From the IMG/VR virus record IMGVR_UViG_2799112923_000001: a stretch of DNA of 64,000 nucleotides; one strand, written 5' to 3'. The DNA comes from a virus. Its lineage: Duplodnaviria > Heunggongvirae > Uroviricota > Caudoviricetes. Below are positions 10,020-20,568 of this stretch, one piece after another. A program made the position numbers and the translations under genes. Each line of letters opens with the position of its first letter. The first letter of the stretch is position 1. The notes beneath the pieces are model-generated. The model saw only the letters and a program-made list of their open reading frames with translations. It made no database searches and was not told where the DNA came from.

Positions 10020-10199
10020 ATGGAAAAGTTTTTCGTTAAATTTCTTGACAATGGCCCGATTTGGGATAAAACTGTTTATGGTTCTTATATGGCAGCTCTC
10101 AATGGGGCAAACAAAGCCCGAGCAGCTAAATACGAAATTTGGCAAATCACATTCGGTGAAACAGGTAAACCAAAGAGCGAAAGGCTTTTCAAAATCTAG
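10020..10199 (+). CDS. Small hypothetical protein (59 aa, below ORF-track cutoff)
   Basis: AGGAG SD; MEKFFVKFLDNGPIW...ERLFKI* fills the gap. Confidence 0.6.
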   Translation: MEKFFVKFLDNGPIWDKTVYGSYMAALNGANKARAAKYEIWQITFGETGKPKSERLFKI

Positions 10200-10209
10200 G
10201 AGGTAAACA

Positions 10210-10596
10210 ATGTACCACTTTTTAATTATAGTTGGAATTTTAATGCTCCTTGGGAGTATTCTGTTTATTTCTCTAGGTTTGTTTGATAAGATTTCAACAG
10301 AACCATTTAATAATAAGAAACAGTATTATGCGTTCTTTTCCATCTTTTTAATTGCGGGGCTGTTTGCGATAATTCGTTCCCAGGGTATAGATTGCCAAAT
10401 TGAACGATACCAAACAAATTTGGCACACCTGAGTTCTAAAATAACTCGTTCATCATTTGATTGTAAAATGATTGGATATGATGATTTGGATAGGTGCCCT
10501 CTAATGTGGGAACATAATAAAAATAAAGAATTTTATACCAACGAAATTATTAGACTGACTACGTTGAAAATTAAACGCCAGCGAGATAATGAATGA
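10210..10596 (+). CDS. Membrane protein (2 TM)
   Basis: GGAGG SD; two hydrophobic segments. Confidence 0.65.
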   Translation: MYHFLIIVGILMLLGSILFISLGLFDKISTEPFNNKKQYYAFFSIFLIAGLFAIIRSQGIDCQIERYQTNLAHLSSKITRSSFDCKMIGYDDLDRCPLMWEHNKNKEFYTNEIIRLTTLKIKRQRDNE

Positions 10597-10994
10597 CACC
10601 CAAAGAATTAGAAACATTAACTCATAATTATGGAATGGTTGGGAACTTAAACGAAACTTGCATTGGTTCCCTATATTCTGAATTTTACAAAAAAGGTGTT
10701 TGTTGTTCACCTACTTTGTTGTATTTGGGTGGTGATGAACCTGACACAGTTTATATTTCAAGAACTGTTGAAGGTCAAATTATAGATGGGTGTATTTACA
10801 TGTATGGTGATATTCCACCAAATAATCCTGAACATTTGTTAATGACCGATGGATATAAACCATACAAAATGACCCAAGACAAAGAAATTGAATCTGCCGT
10901 TGCTAGTTTGGCATTACAAGTTAAACGAATGATTGAACATTTCAAATTAGAAGAAATTAAGAAGGATTTTGAAAATGGCACAGACGAAATGTAA
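10593..10994 (+). CDS. DF-motif family protein
   Basis: Starts MTPKELETLTHNYGM; LEEIKKDFE plus 6-aa tail. Confidence 0.75.
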   Translation: MTPKELETLTHNYGMVGNLNETCIGSLYSEFYKKGVCCSPTLLYLGGDEPDTVYISRTVEGQIIDGCIYMYGDIPPNNPEHLLMTDGYKPYKMTQDKEIESAVASLALQVKRMIEHFKLEEIKKDFENGTDEM

Positions 10995-11355
10995 AATGCA
11001 AATTTTGATTGATAATATGGAACGGGTCATTGAAGAATTTAAGATTGAGTTCGGCATTGATTCTGTAATTACGAACAAACAATACAATTACCAGCGTTTC
11101 TTTTATCACGGGATTGAAATTGGTTGTTATTTTCGTGATAACATTACGATTGCTAAAAAAATTACTTTTTGTGAAGGCCGTATTTGGGATAGTAATAGTG
11201 TTTGCCATTCACCAAAGAGAAACTACGAAAGTTTTAAGAACGAAATTTTTAGTTCTATCAAAAGAGTATTACCATTGGTGGTTAGTATAGAACAAGAAAA
11301 GAAAAAATGGTCTGTTCAGCAAATGGAGAAAAACGCAAATGATGATTTTTCGTAA
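10975..11355 (+). CDS. DF-motif family protein
   Basis: Ends MEKNANDDFS*; contains an apparently unshifted in-frame CGG at 11023. Confidence 0.7.
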   Translation: MAQTKCKMQILIDNMERVIEEFKIEFGIDSVITNKQYNYQRFFYHGIEIGCYFRDNITIAKKITFCEGRIWDSNSVCHSPKRNYESFKNEIFSSIKRVLPLVVSIEQEKKKWSVQQMEKNANDDFS

Positions 11356-11833
11356 ATTCAAGTATTGGAGTTGTAGGAAAATTATACAGGCCAAGTATAA
11401 TAACAAATTCATCTCCAGCGAGTATTTCCATAATATAGCAGAACTAAATATAGATTATCTTGAACATTTGTGTGATGATATTTACAAGTATCATGATATT
11501 AACTATTTCATTTCTTATGGAATCCCAAGCGAGTCTAACATTCTTGCCCATAAAAAACTAATGGGTAATCTTGAAAGTTATTACAAAGATACTTTGAAAA
11601 CAATGCATAGACTGTTGAAAGAATATAATCACATGCACCGTGTGCTGAACTATATGCGTAAACACAAAATGTGTAATTACGAAAAGGAAAGAATTTCATT
11701 GGAATTGGATGAAGCTTACAAGAAGTTTATGCCTCGTTGGGAAAAACTACCACACAATTACAATTTAGATTACATTATAAAACTGAACGCAGTTAACAAT
11801 AATCTTAAATCTATTGAAGAGGATTTTAACTAA
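11339..11833 (+). CDS. DF-motif family protein
   Basis: Ends LKSIEEDFN*. Confidence 0.75.
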   Translation: MMIFRKFKYWSCRKIIQAKYNNKFISSEYFHNIAELNIDYLEHLCDDIYKYHDINYFISYGIPSESNILAHKKLMGNLESYYKDTLKTMHRLLKEYNHMHRVLNYMRKHKMCNYEKERISLELDEAYKKFMPRWEKLPHNYNLDYIIKLNAVNNNLKSIEEDFN

Positions 11834-12213
11834 TGACATTGAAAGAACTTACAGAATTAGCAAGCAGATATGGTCTAGTCTGTATGAAAGACGAAGGAGC
11901 ATATTGGAACAACACAGTTTATTTGTGGGAAGATATAAACAACGATGAAACTGATGGTTGGGTTATCAAATACGATAACTGGAGTAAAAGTATGCGTATT
12001 TGTACTAAATTGGAAGTTTGCGATGGTACATACGGCAGTTCTATTAGGATTAAACCCTGGGAATCTTTGGAAGTTGAATTAAGAAAGAAAAATGTTGAAC
12101 AGATTGAAACTATCTTATGTAAGTTACAACAGAGTTTGCCAGAGAAAAAGAAAGAACTGAAACGATTACTCAATAAGAAAATGTTAAAAGAAATTTCTCA
12201 GGATTTCAAGTAA
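11833..12213 (+). CDS. DF-motif family protein
   Basis: Starts MTLKELTELASRYGL, ends LKEISQDFK*. Confidence 0.8.
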   Translation: MTLKELTELASRYGLVCMKDEGAYWNNTVYLWEDINNDETDGWVIKYDNWSKSMRICTKLEVCDGTYGSSIRIKPWESLEVELRKKNVEQIETILCKLQQSLPEKKKELKRLLNKKMLKEISQDFK

Positions 12214-12224
12214 ACAAATTAAAA

Positions 12225-12261
12225 ATGGTATATTGACATATACCAGTAATTTAAATATATT
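12225..12261 (+). promoter_or_regulatory. Early promoter, -35 inside a hairpin, probably giving a leaderless mRNA
   Basis: TGGTATAT-TGAC-ATATACCA; TTGACA 12233, N17, TATATT 12256; ATG at 12268. Confidence 0.65.
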
Positions 12262-12267
12262 ATGACT

Positions 12268-12546
12268 ATGGATAATTACGATAAACAAAAAATTACAGAA
12301 TTTGAAGATATGTTATGGAGAGCATATCCATTTATGGAGTTGAACTCCCGATTCTACCAGTTAAACGAAGAACATAGGCATGACAAGGAAGAATTGGCTT
12401 TTTATAAAGGACAAGTTCAGGGTTTGACACACCAAATTGAAAATCAAAGACAAGAAATACAATTTTTGAAAGAAAAACTATCGCAGTTTGAAACATATAT
12501 CAAATCAGGCGAAAAGATACAAGAACTGGAAAAAGATTTTGACTAA
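12268..12546 (+). CDS. DF-motif family protein (coiled-coil rich)
   Basis: Ends IQELEKDFD*. Confidence 0.7.
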   Translation: MDNYDKQKITEFEDMLWRAYPFMELNSRFYQLNEEHRHDKEELAFYKGQVQGLTHQIENQRQEIQFLKEKLSQFETYIKSGEKIQELEKDFD

Positions 12547-12880
12547 ATTTGAAACATACGAAAAATATAAACAGATTTATTTGGAACTAACAGACCTATT
12601 AGGATTACACACTGAATACCTTGGTAATCAATGGAGAGCCTGGTATCAGACGCATGATTTTGTTTTTAGTTTCCTTAATAAAGAAGATGATGTTAGATTT
12701 GAAGTTCCACGAAATGTAATGCTCAAGTCTTATATGGAAGAACCAAGATTTTTTGATTATGTTGATATGGTCGGATATTCAAAGAGAAAAATTTTTAATA
12801 CAGTAATTCCATTAGTCGGTAGATACAAAGAACTATTGGAAGAAGCAAAAATTAACAAAGCCAACGAGGATTTTCAATGA
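12539..12880 (+). CDS. DF-motif family protein (probable TTG start)
   Basis: Ends INKANEDFQ*. Confidence 0.7.
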   Translation: MTKFETYEKYKQIYLELTDLLGLHTEYLGNQWRAWYQTHDFVFSFLNKEDDVRFEVPRNVMLKSYMEEPRFFDYVDMVGYSKRKIFNTVIPLVGRYKELLEEAKINKANEDFQ

Positions 12881-13191
12881 AAGGTTCAACTACTCAGGGA
12901 TTGGATTACTGGATTAGAACCTGTTGTACCAACTGGCTCTATCTCAGACATGAAAATGTTCTAAAATCCTATGATATGGAAGCATATAAAAAGTATCGTT
13001 ATGAAACCTGTGAAATGGTTATGAAAAATCCTATATTCTCTAAATGGGTAAAACCATTAGACGAAGCATTTTTCTTTAACAAAAATTATAAGTTAGACGA
13101 TGAACAATTTAATGAATTACAAGAACAAGTTTTTAAAGTATTGGATTTGATTGATAATGAAAATAAAGCGAATGACGATTTCACAGATTGA
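12877..13191 (+). CDS. DF-motif family protein
   Basis: Ends ENKANDDFTD*. Confidence 0.7.
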   Translation: MKGSTTQGLDYWIRTCCTNWLYLRHENVLKSYDMEAYKKYRYETCEMVMKNPIFSKWVKPLDEAFFFNKNYKLDDEQFNELQEQVFKVLDLIDNENKANDDFTD

Positions 13192-13606
13192 TTATAAGTA
13201 CGAATGGCAACAAAAATTTGTAGAATATATTGCCGATTCTTTTGATGTTTGGATTAGTCCAAGTATTCAGGAACAGGATAAAGTTTTCATGATTATATCA
13301 AAAGAAATGCCTAATGGAAGAAAAATGAATTTCGCTAAAATTACACTGAAAAATAAAACCAATCTTCATTACATTAACATTATTGAACAATGGACTGATG
13401 GACGAGATTTTACTGGTAATCTAGTTTGTGGTTGTGATAAGAAAGGTGCTATAACAAATTTATGGGATGAAAATCCAAGATATTATATTTCTACCAAACA
13501 GAATAAGTATGATATGTTGGTTAAGAAATTCCAGTATTCAGTTAGAGATTGTAAAGACAAAATAAATTTATGTAAAATAAAAGAAATAGAAAAGGATTTT
13601 GAATGA
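13172..13606 (+). CDS. DF-motif family protein
   Basis: Ends IKEIEKDFE*. Confidence 0.75.
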   Translation: MTISQIDYKYEWQQKFVEYIADSFDVWISPSIQEQDKVFMIISKEMPNGRKMNFAKITLKNKTNLHYINIIEQWTDGRDFTGNLVCGCDKKGAITNLWDENPRYYISTKQNKYDMLVKKFQYSVRDCKDKINLCKIKEIEKDFE

Positions 13607-13923
13607 CACTCGGTGAAATGAATGATATAATCGCAGATTTTGACGAATTTAACCAAGATAACGAAGGATGGTGGGTTTATAATCTACCTGGTTATGAAAG
13701 TGAATTTGTGTTTATTGAAATTCTAAAAGATGGTATCACAGTTTGTGTAAATGATTGTGTAATCTATTTCTATAAATTTAACAAGACTGGTTCATATTTA
13801 GAATATGAAATTGTTGGATTGAGTGAAGCACAACTAATGGAATACATTAGTGTAAAAACAAAAGAAATTAAAAAATATCGTGAAAAACTAGCACTAAAAC
13901 AAATGAGCGAGGATTTTGAATGA
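13603..13923 (+). CDS. DF-motif family protein
   Basis: Ends LKQMSEDFE*. Confidence 0.8.
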   Translation: MTLGEMNDIIADFDEFNQDNEGWWVYNLPGYESEFVFIEILKDGITVCVNDCVIYFYKFNKTGSYLEYEIVGLSEAQLMEYISVKTKEIKKYREKLALKQMSEDFE

Positions 13924-14330
13924 CTTGGGAAGAATTTACAGAAAAAATTACTAGCATAATTGAAAAATACGGATTTGAATATAGTGAAGAAAAAGTATAT
14001 TGGAGTAAAGCAACTAATTACACATGGACTTGTTATTCCAATATGCCAGGTAAACCTGATGCCAAGTTCTTCTACAGTTATGATAGCCATAAGAAAAGAA
14101 TTTTTATTACATACAATTCTGTTCTTTACCATTTCTCGCCATCTGGTAAACATTCTTTGACTTCTAAAGATTATATGGTGAATTACAACCAAGAAACGAA
14201 TAAGAAGTTCAAATGGGATGTGTTTGAAAAATGGTGCAGTAGCCAGCAAGAAACTATGTACATGGCCCGAAAATTACAGAAAGAAATTGTTGTAGAACGA
14301 AATCTAAAAGCTGCTAACAAGGATTTCTAA
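13920..14330 (+). CDS. DF-motif family protein
   Basis: Ends LKAANKDF*. Confidence 0.8.
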   Translation: MTWEEFTEKITSIIEKYGFEYSEEKVYWSKATNYTWTCYSNMPGKPDAKFFYSYDSHKKRIFITYNSVLYHFSPSGKHSLTSKDYMVNYNQETNKKFKWDVFEKWCSSQQETMYMARKLQKEIVVERNLKAANKDF

Positions 14331-14653
14331 TGGAACTTAAACAATTCATACAAGCTGCTCAAAAATATGGTATGGAAGTTTACTATCCAAAAAGGAACTG
14401 GGAATGTTATGAAATTCTTTATCAGGGCAGCGCTATAATTGGTTATAGATTTAAAGGTGGTGCTAGAAGCCATAATAAATTATTTGATTATGCCATTTTG
14501 TATCCTGGTAATCTTATGGATGTGAAACAGTACCACAATGGTAAAGTTCTTTATGACATTGAAGAAGTTGAAACATATCTTAAATCGTACATTAAACGAA
14601 CCAAACAATTAAAGTATCAAGAATCTTTAAATAACATTGATAAGGATTTTTAA
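14330..14653 (+). CDS. DF-motif family protein
   Basis: Starts MELKQFIQAAQKYGM, ends LNNIDKDF*. Confidence 0.8.
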   Translation: MELKQFIQAAQKYGMEVYYPKRNWECYEILYQGSAIIGYRFKGGARSHNKLFDYAILYPGNLMDVKQYHNGKVLYDIEEVETYLKSYIKRTKQLKYQESLNNIDKDF

Positions 14654-15238
14654 ATGACTAATGACAAACTAATTGAGATTTGCGATAAAATAAAAACAAA
14701 TGTTGACAATGGTTATAAGAAGGTTTGGTATTGCCATACAACATGGACTAACAGTGTAAAATGGGCTAGTAAAGCAACTAACACAAGACCAGCATTTGCC
14801 TGGCACCCACTAGGATTAGATTTACATAAGTCCGAAGGATTTATTAGAAATCCATTATACGATACTGACTTTGATTTGAGTTGGAATTTAGTAATGGCTT
14901 TGGATGCTCAAACGCAAGGTGTTTATTACTATCCTGAATTGAATTTAAGAAAAAATGCTAAATGGCACGATTACACAGGTAGCCCAGATGATGTTAGGAT
15001 TAAACAAGCCTATGTAATTTGTGGTGATTATTCTTTCAAACCATTCACTTTCTTTAAGAATGATGAACAAATTATTAAATTCTGTACATACCAAAAGTTG
15101 AAACTAGACAAACAGTATCAAGAATTAACGAGTTCATTACATGAAAAGGGAATAGAATTTTGGTCTAACTACGAAAAGAATAAGAAGAATAAAATCATCA
15201 ATGATAAATTGAGAAAAATCTATCAGGATTTCAAATGA
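14654..15238 (+). CDS. DF-motif family protein (long member)
   Basis: Ends LRKIYQDFK*. Confidence 0.75.
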   Translation: MTNDKLIEICDKIKTNVDNGYKKVWYCHTTWTNSVKWASKATNTRPAFAWHPLGLDLHKSEGFIRNPLYDTDFDLSWNLVMALDAQTQGVYYYPELNLRKNAKWHDYTGSPDDVRIKQAYVICGDYSFKPFTFFKNDEQIIKFCTYQKLKLDKQYQELTSSLHEKGIEFWSNYEKNKKNKIINDKLRKIYQDFK

Positions 15239-15495
15239 CATACGAAGAATTTAAAAGTGTTATAAGCCCAAAACCAGGCACTACTGAAGGAACTATAAAA
15301 AGTTGGTATAAATGGTGTACAGTTGGAACTTGGTCTTCAAATTTAATAACACATAAAATGGATTATAGAAAAAGCGATTTTTATATAAAAAACATAAGCC
15401 TGAATGAACATAATGAATTTTTAAAAATATATAACTATTTTGATAAATTAGCAAAAAGTAAATTATTATTTGAAAATTTACAGAAGGACTTCTAA
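15235..15495 (+). CDS. DF-motif family protein
   Basis: Ends FENLQKDF*. Confidence 0.75.
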   Translation: MTYEEFKSVISPKPGTTEGTIKSWYKWCTVGTWSSNLITHKMDYRKSDFYIKNISLNEHNEFLKIYNYFDKLAKSKLLFENLQKDF

Positions 15496-15779
15496 TGACG
15501 AAAGAAGAATTTAGAACTTGTTTAAATGAGCATTTTTATGAACACACCCCTGAAGAACAAGAAAAAATGTTTGATTGGATGTATGAAAATATGTGTGTTT
15601 GGTCTGCGTACACAAACATAGCTTCAAGAGTTACAGTTAGTAGAGAATGGTTAAAAGGATATAAAATAAAAGATATGAATGTTGATGATTGGAAAAATTG
15701 GCGACGTCAAATTAACCAATTAGAAAAACAACTTAAAAATGACAAAGCATTAGCCTCAATCGGCAAGGATTTTGAATAA
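15495..15779 (+). CDS. DF-motif family protein
   Basis: Ends LASIGKDFE*. Confidence 0.75.
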   Translation: MTKEEFRTCLNEHFYEHTPEEQEKMFDWMYENMCVWSAYTNIASRVTVSREWLKGYKIKDMNVDDWKNWRRQINQLEKQLKNDKALASIGKDFE

Positions 15780-15794
15780 TAAATAGAGAGCGAT

Positions 15795-16092
15795 ATGATT
15801 GAAACAATTTGTTGGTTATTCGGTATAGTGGGTGCCCGGAGCATTTGCGATTAATTTATTCCCACAGCTCATTAAATGTTATAAAGAAAAATCTGCTGAA
15901 CAAATATCCGTTGGATTCATTATTCTCGCTTTTATGGGGAATATATGTTCCGCGGTTTTCGTGTTTTATACGAACTGGAAAACAGGTTTATGGCAAATTC
16001 CAATTTTCTTTAACTATGGGATAGCAACTCTTTTAACAATTATTTTATCTGTTATGAAATACAAATATAGAAGGGTTAAAAATGAAAAATAG
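15795..16092 (+). CDS. PQ-loop (SemiSWEET-like) membrane protein; needs +1 shift at CGG 15837
   Basis: MIETICWLFGIVGA / GAFAINLFPQLIKCYKEKSAEQIS: PQ-loop motif; first TM helix split between frames. Confidence 0.75.
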
Positions 16093-17231
16093 ATTTCTTA
16101 ATATATTAATTCCACGGGGTATTTTTACCAACATGTTTAGGTACAGTATATAACTATTCACAATATGCGAACAACATAAAAGAATGGTTTGATATATCTA
16201 AATTTGCTACCGATATTGGATTCACTTTAATCATTTTCTTCCTTGGAATGGGTGCTGCCGCTTTTGGTAGAATGGTAGAACTTAATCCAAAGAGAATGGC
16301 TTGTATCAGTACCATATTGTTCTTTATCGGTATGTTGATGGTTTATGCTTCACTACAATTCCACCTTTTGCCATTCTATTATTTGGGATGTTCATTTATG
16401 GGTTGTGGAACAGGTATTGGCTATGTTTCACCAATCAAGCAGTTGTTAAGTAATTTCTCAGACCACAAAGGTTTAGCAAGTGGTTTGGCTATTACTGGAT
16501 TTGGATTGGGTAAATTCGTAGCAGCTCCAGCAATAGAATATCTGTTAACTGCTACATCATTACCAAATATGTTCTTGATTTTGGCTCTGGCATTCCTGGG
16601 TGTTATGAGTTTGTGTTCGTGGTTGTTTAAACCTAATCCAGCATTCGTTTCTACCATTTATACGGCAGTTCCGATTTCACGATTGATTAAGCACACATTT
16701 CTAACAAAAGAATATATTTCAGTATGGTTAATGTTCTGTATTAACATTTCTTGTGGTTTGGCTATCATTTCACAGGAAAAGGGATTATTGTCAGGATTAG
16801 GATTCAAAGAAATTGCTACCATAATGAGTTTAACCGCAGTATTTAATATATTGGGTAGATTTGGTATGAGTACTGCTAGTGATAAAATCGGCAGAAAAGC
16901 CGCATATCATTGGGTTTGTTCTTTGGGTATTCTAGCATCGTTTATGATTTATACTGGATATGCGTGGTTAGCATTGTTGGGTATTTTACTTGTTGAATTT
17001 GCTTATGGTGGAAACTTCAGTTGCTTGCCTAGTTTGTTAGCAAAACGATTTGGTGATACTTGCGTTTCTACAGTACATGCTATGACTTTGAGTGGTTGGG
17101 GTATTGCAGGTATTATTGGTCCAGTATTAGCAAATACTTTCACTGGTTCTAATTTGTATCTAGTAATGGGTGGAATGTATTTGTTCGGTTTCTTAATGAT
17201 GACTATATTCGTCAAGAAAGATACTCATTAA
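16082..17231 (+). CDS. MFS transporter, OFA (oxalate/formate antiporter-like) family; needs +1 shift at CGG 16115
   Basis: Many TM helices; GLASGLAITGFGLG, FNILGRFGMSTASDKIGR and YGGNFSCLPSLLAKRFG motifs; N-terminal TMs in +1 frame from 16116. Confidence 0.85.
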
Positions 17232-17313
17232 CAGTACAATGTAAACATTTTCTTTACAAATGGTATTGACTAAATCAATACCATTTTTTATTTTCTATCT
17301 AAAGGAACGAACT

Positions 17314-17541
17314 ATGTTTATTACTATAACTTCAAAAGATTCGTGCGGGCTTCGCATTGACAACATTAACATACACAGAATTGAAGGTTTTTCGTTTATA
17401 AACGAAAGCCGATATATCATTAACACAACAAGCGGGTATCAGTATTTTGTGGATGCAAAATTCTGCCAAAGTATTGAATTTAACAACAAAAAAATTTCTT
17501 TTAAAGAATTACCTGAACTAATCAAAAATGGTGGTATCTAA
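17314..17541 (+). CDS. Hypothetical protein
   Basis: AAGGA SD; TAATG coupling to next gene. Confidence 0.6.
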   Translation: MFITITSKDSCGLRIDNINIHRIEGFSFINESRYIINTTSGYQYFVDAKFCQSIEFNNKKISFKELPELIKNGGI

Positions 17542-18710
17542 TGTTCATTAACAAAGACCTAGACAAAGAATTAACCGAACTAATTGAAAACAAAAATTGG
17601 TCAGACTATTTTAATAATGACCCTGCGTATTCAGCTGACCCAAAATCATTTCATACAAAGTTGTATGATGATATTACAGCTAAAGCAGAACAAATGATTA
17701 GTGATATTCTCGCACCATTTTATAGAAACAATTATGTAGTCAAACTTGCTACACCATCAATGAAGAATGGTTGGTGGTATGACCCAAAATCCGATACAAA
17801 TTTGATTAGCATTGAATATCATATCAAATTCTCAGACGATTCAACAACAAATCCATTTGAATGTTCTATCCCATTTTATGTTAAGAAAAATAACAATACT
17901 GTTGAGTTTGAATGGAGTTTAAAAAATCCTGAAAGAATTTATATTAAGAGATACCTACACAGCGGAAATCATGTGTGCTGTAACCAAAAGTTATTCACTA
18001 ATCGTGGATTCGTTAGTTGTGGTTGGCAAGAATATAAGTTATACAAGAAACTAAATGAATGGTCTGATGAAGGTGGTTTTGGTGATAACATTTGTAAGTA
18101 TTTGAAGAAAACCATTACCACAATGAAAACAGAATACGAACAAGTTCAAAAGAATATCAAGCAAAAGAAGAATGAATTGAGTATTCAGTTGGACGATGTA
18201 TCTTGTATGCTGGAAGAGATAAACGCCCAAATTAAAGGTACTAATTTGAGAGCGATGTTTGATGGTGAATGTTCATTTGACTATGTGGATTCTCCAATTA
18301 AGTTTGAAATCACATTTACCAATAACCCAGAACAGAAAGACGAGAACTTGTATATAAACAATGACTTTGATGTTATTTTGGGTGATAGATGGCATAACAG
18401 CAACGAAGATAGCAAGTGGCAAAAACTAATGGATGAAAACGAAATCCAGTTGTATAGTTATGGATTTAATCGTTCTTGTTATTCCTACCGACAGAGATTG
18501 TGTATTGAACTCGTTTACAAACCAAATGAAGCCCAACCTTGGGATTTGAAATTTGAAAATTGGAATGTAAGTGAAGAAGTATTCAAGAAATTGTTTAAGT
18601 CCGATATGGTAGGACAATTTGGAACTATTGAAAAGGTCAAAGATTACATTCTCAATGTTATTCTAAAAGACCATGAACTGTATAATAAAATGACGGAGTG
18701 GATTAAATGA
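17541..18710 (+). CDS. Hypothetical protein (389 aa)
   Basis: Long coupled ORF with no recognised motif. Confidence 0.7.
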   Translation: MFINKDLDKELTELIENKNWSDYFNNDPAYSADPKSFHTKLYDDITAKAEQMISDILAPFYRNNYVVKLATPSMKNGWWYDPKSDTNLISIEYHIKFSDDSTTNPFECSIPFYVKKNNNTVEFEWSLKNPERIYIKRYLHSGNHVCCNQKLFTNRGFVSCGWQEYKLYKKLNEWSDEGGFGDNICKYLKKTITTMKTEYEQVQKNIKQKKNELSIQLDDVSCMLEEINAQIKGTNLRAMFDGECSFDYVDSPIKFEITFTNNPEQKDENLYINNDFDVILGDRWHNSNEDSKWQKLMDENEIQLYSYGFNRSCYSYRQRLCIELVYKPNEAQPWDLKFENWNVSEEVFKKLFKSDMVGQFGTIEKVKDYILNVILKDHELYNKMTEWIK

Positions 18711-19183
18711 GTACTGAAAATTTTATGGAAATCCCTTCTAAGGTTTGGGATGACTTCTACAAATATAACAAACTAACTTGGAAAAAATTACATATCAAAA
18801 TACAGTGCTATGCTAGTAAATTCGCATTGAATAATTGTATTGAAGATATGAATGAAATCCAAAAGAATGGTGTTTTATGTGCTTCTATGACTATTCGCAC
18901 AAATCCATATATTGAAGATTCAGACCCATATTACTACTATGATTTAAGTATAGTAAATCGTGAAGATATGCGAGATATTCGCAGACGAGATTATTCCATG
19001 TCGCAAAATGTTTGGTGTTCTCATTTGTTCTATGAAATTCCTATTGTGCGACAATTTACTGAACATCAGGTAGATAAATGGCAAAACTTCATGTTTAAAA
19101 AGTTAGTAGAATTGGCTGTGGCAAATAAAAAGAAAGCCCAACAATGGCTAGTAATGAAAAAAGCAAATGAAGATTTTGAATAA
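18707..19183 (+). CDS. DF-motif family protein
   Basis: Ends MKKANEDFE*, followed by terminator. Confidence 0.75.
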   Translation: MSTENFMEIPSKVWDDFYKYNKLTWKKLHIKIQCYASKFALNNCIEDMNEIQKNGVLCASMTIRTNPYIEDSDPYYYYDLSIVNREDMRDIRRRDYSMSQNVWCSHLFYEIPIVRQFTEHQVDKWQNFMFKKLVELAVANKKKAQQWLVMKKANEDFE

Positions 19184-19209
19184 AAAAGACCGCGATAATG
19201 CGGTCTTTT
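19184..19209. terminator. Bidirectional intrinsic terminator
   Basis: AAAAGACCGC-GATAAT-GCGGTCTTTT between convergent genes. Confidence 0.8.
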
Positions 19210-19212
19210 CTG

Positions 19213-19759
19213 TTATTCACCCAATTCGTAATTCTTTTGAGCAGGATATTTGTAATCAGGTGCTTTCTTCAACCAAGCAAGTAATTGACGAAGCACAGTT
19301 ATGAGTTGGTAACTATTCCATTTGACAGTACCAATATCTTCTGTAAAGATTCTAGCAGGGTCATATCCGGTCTACACCATAAGTATATAATTGTTCCAAT
19401 GGTGTTAAATGATAAAAGTGGAATTTTCCAGCTGCTAAATCACTGATATTTCGTTCTATTTCTTTCTTGGCTTCTTTCTTATTACTGCAAATTTCTCTCT
19501 TGATAATTTGTAGTAATGGTGACCAAGTTGTTTTGTTCTTTTCATTTTCAAAATGAGCATAAGTATCCATCATTTCATCTACTTCAATAAATCGGTTCAA
19601 ATTAAGAACTAACCACAATCTTAACAACTGCGGAATTAGTCGCATATTAGAACCTTTACCAAATTTATCCAGTTCTTCAGGTGTGAATTTAGACTTGAAA
19701 TGGCTCATCCTCTTATTATAGACCGCCAGTCTTTCAGCGTATGTTTTCTTTTTAGCCAT
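19213..19759 (-). CDS. Hypothetical protein; +1 shift at CGG 19369-19367 adds 51 aa
   Basis: GGAG SD; zero frame stops 2 codons after CGG; +1 frame GYDPARIFTEDIGTVKW...ELGE* ends at the terminator. Confidence 0.65.
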
Positions 19760-19906
19760 ATTACTTCTCCATTAAAATAACTGTTAGTGAAAACTAACAG
19801 GTGTGAATTTTGCAGTTCTAAATGAAACAAATAATATGACTAACTATTGCCATTTAGAACGATTTTTTGTATAATATATGTATAAAACTTACTAGGTATT
19901 TTTTCT

Positions 19907-20272
19907 ATGAATTTTTTTGAAATTGACGAATTTTTAAAATCAGTTAACTGGCTCAATAGATGTCCATCCATTGACGGTGAAGATATATGTTATATGATTA
20001 CAACTGAATCATATTTGCCAGATATAAACGATGGGAAACCATACATTAATGAAGCCCGTGCCATTCATTTGAATAGACATGGGATTCATTGTTTGGAACT
20101 TAGAGATATGAATGGTTGCTTGTTCGCTAGAAATCCAGTTGAAGTTTCTAATATGACACAATTAAAAGCATATCTTGAAGAAACATACAAGACTGTGATT
20201 GAGTTTGAAAAGTGTGCTAAAATCGCAAAAGTGAACTTAAAGATTGAAAAAGCCAACGAGGATTTTAAATGA
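19907..20272 (+). CDS. DF-motif family protein
   Basis: Ends IEKANEDFK*; TTGCCA/TATAAT promoter upstream. Confidence 0.75.
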   Translation: MNFFEIDEFLKSVNWLNRCPSIDGEDICYMITTESYLPDINDGKPYINEARAIHLNRHGIHCLELRDMNGCLFARNPVEVSNMTQLKAYLEETYKTVIEFEKCAKIAKVNLKIEKANEDFK

Positions 20273-20568
20273 CTTACGAAGAATTAATCGTTTTCTATTT
20301 TAAGAACGATTGTGTGATTGCTCCTAATCCAATTTTAACAGAAGTATTTGATAGAAGATCTGATACTTTTAATGATAGAGTAGCATTTATCTTAAATACT
20401 GGTAATTATATTGTTGGTTTGTTTGACGAAAATGGTAAAGAACATAGAGCCGCATTGACAGATTTAACAGAAGATATAGTTGAACATTATCTTAATCGTG
20501 TTAAACTCAAGGAAAAATATCAACACGCAAATGAACTAATTAAAGAGGCAAATTCGGACTTTATATGA
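20269..20568 (+). CDS. DF-motif family protein
   Basis: Ends IKEANSDFI* (TCG GAC TTT, no SD-like sequence). Confidence 0.75.
   Translation: MTYEELIVFYFKNDCVIAPNPILTEVFDRRSDTFNDRVAFILNTGNYIVGLFDENGKEHRAALTDLTEDIVEHYLNRVKLKEKYQHANELIKEANSDFI

Noticed and set aside
17240-17271. Additional operator copy
   Set aside because: Spacer is 7 rather than 6 nt, the gap to -35 is 7 nt and the -10 is poor; not counted.
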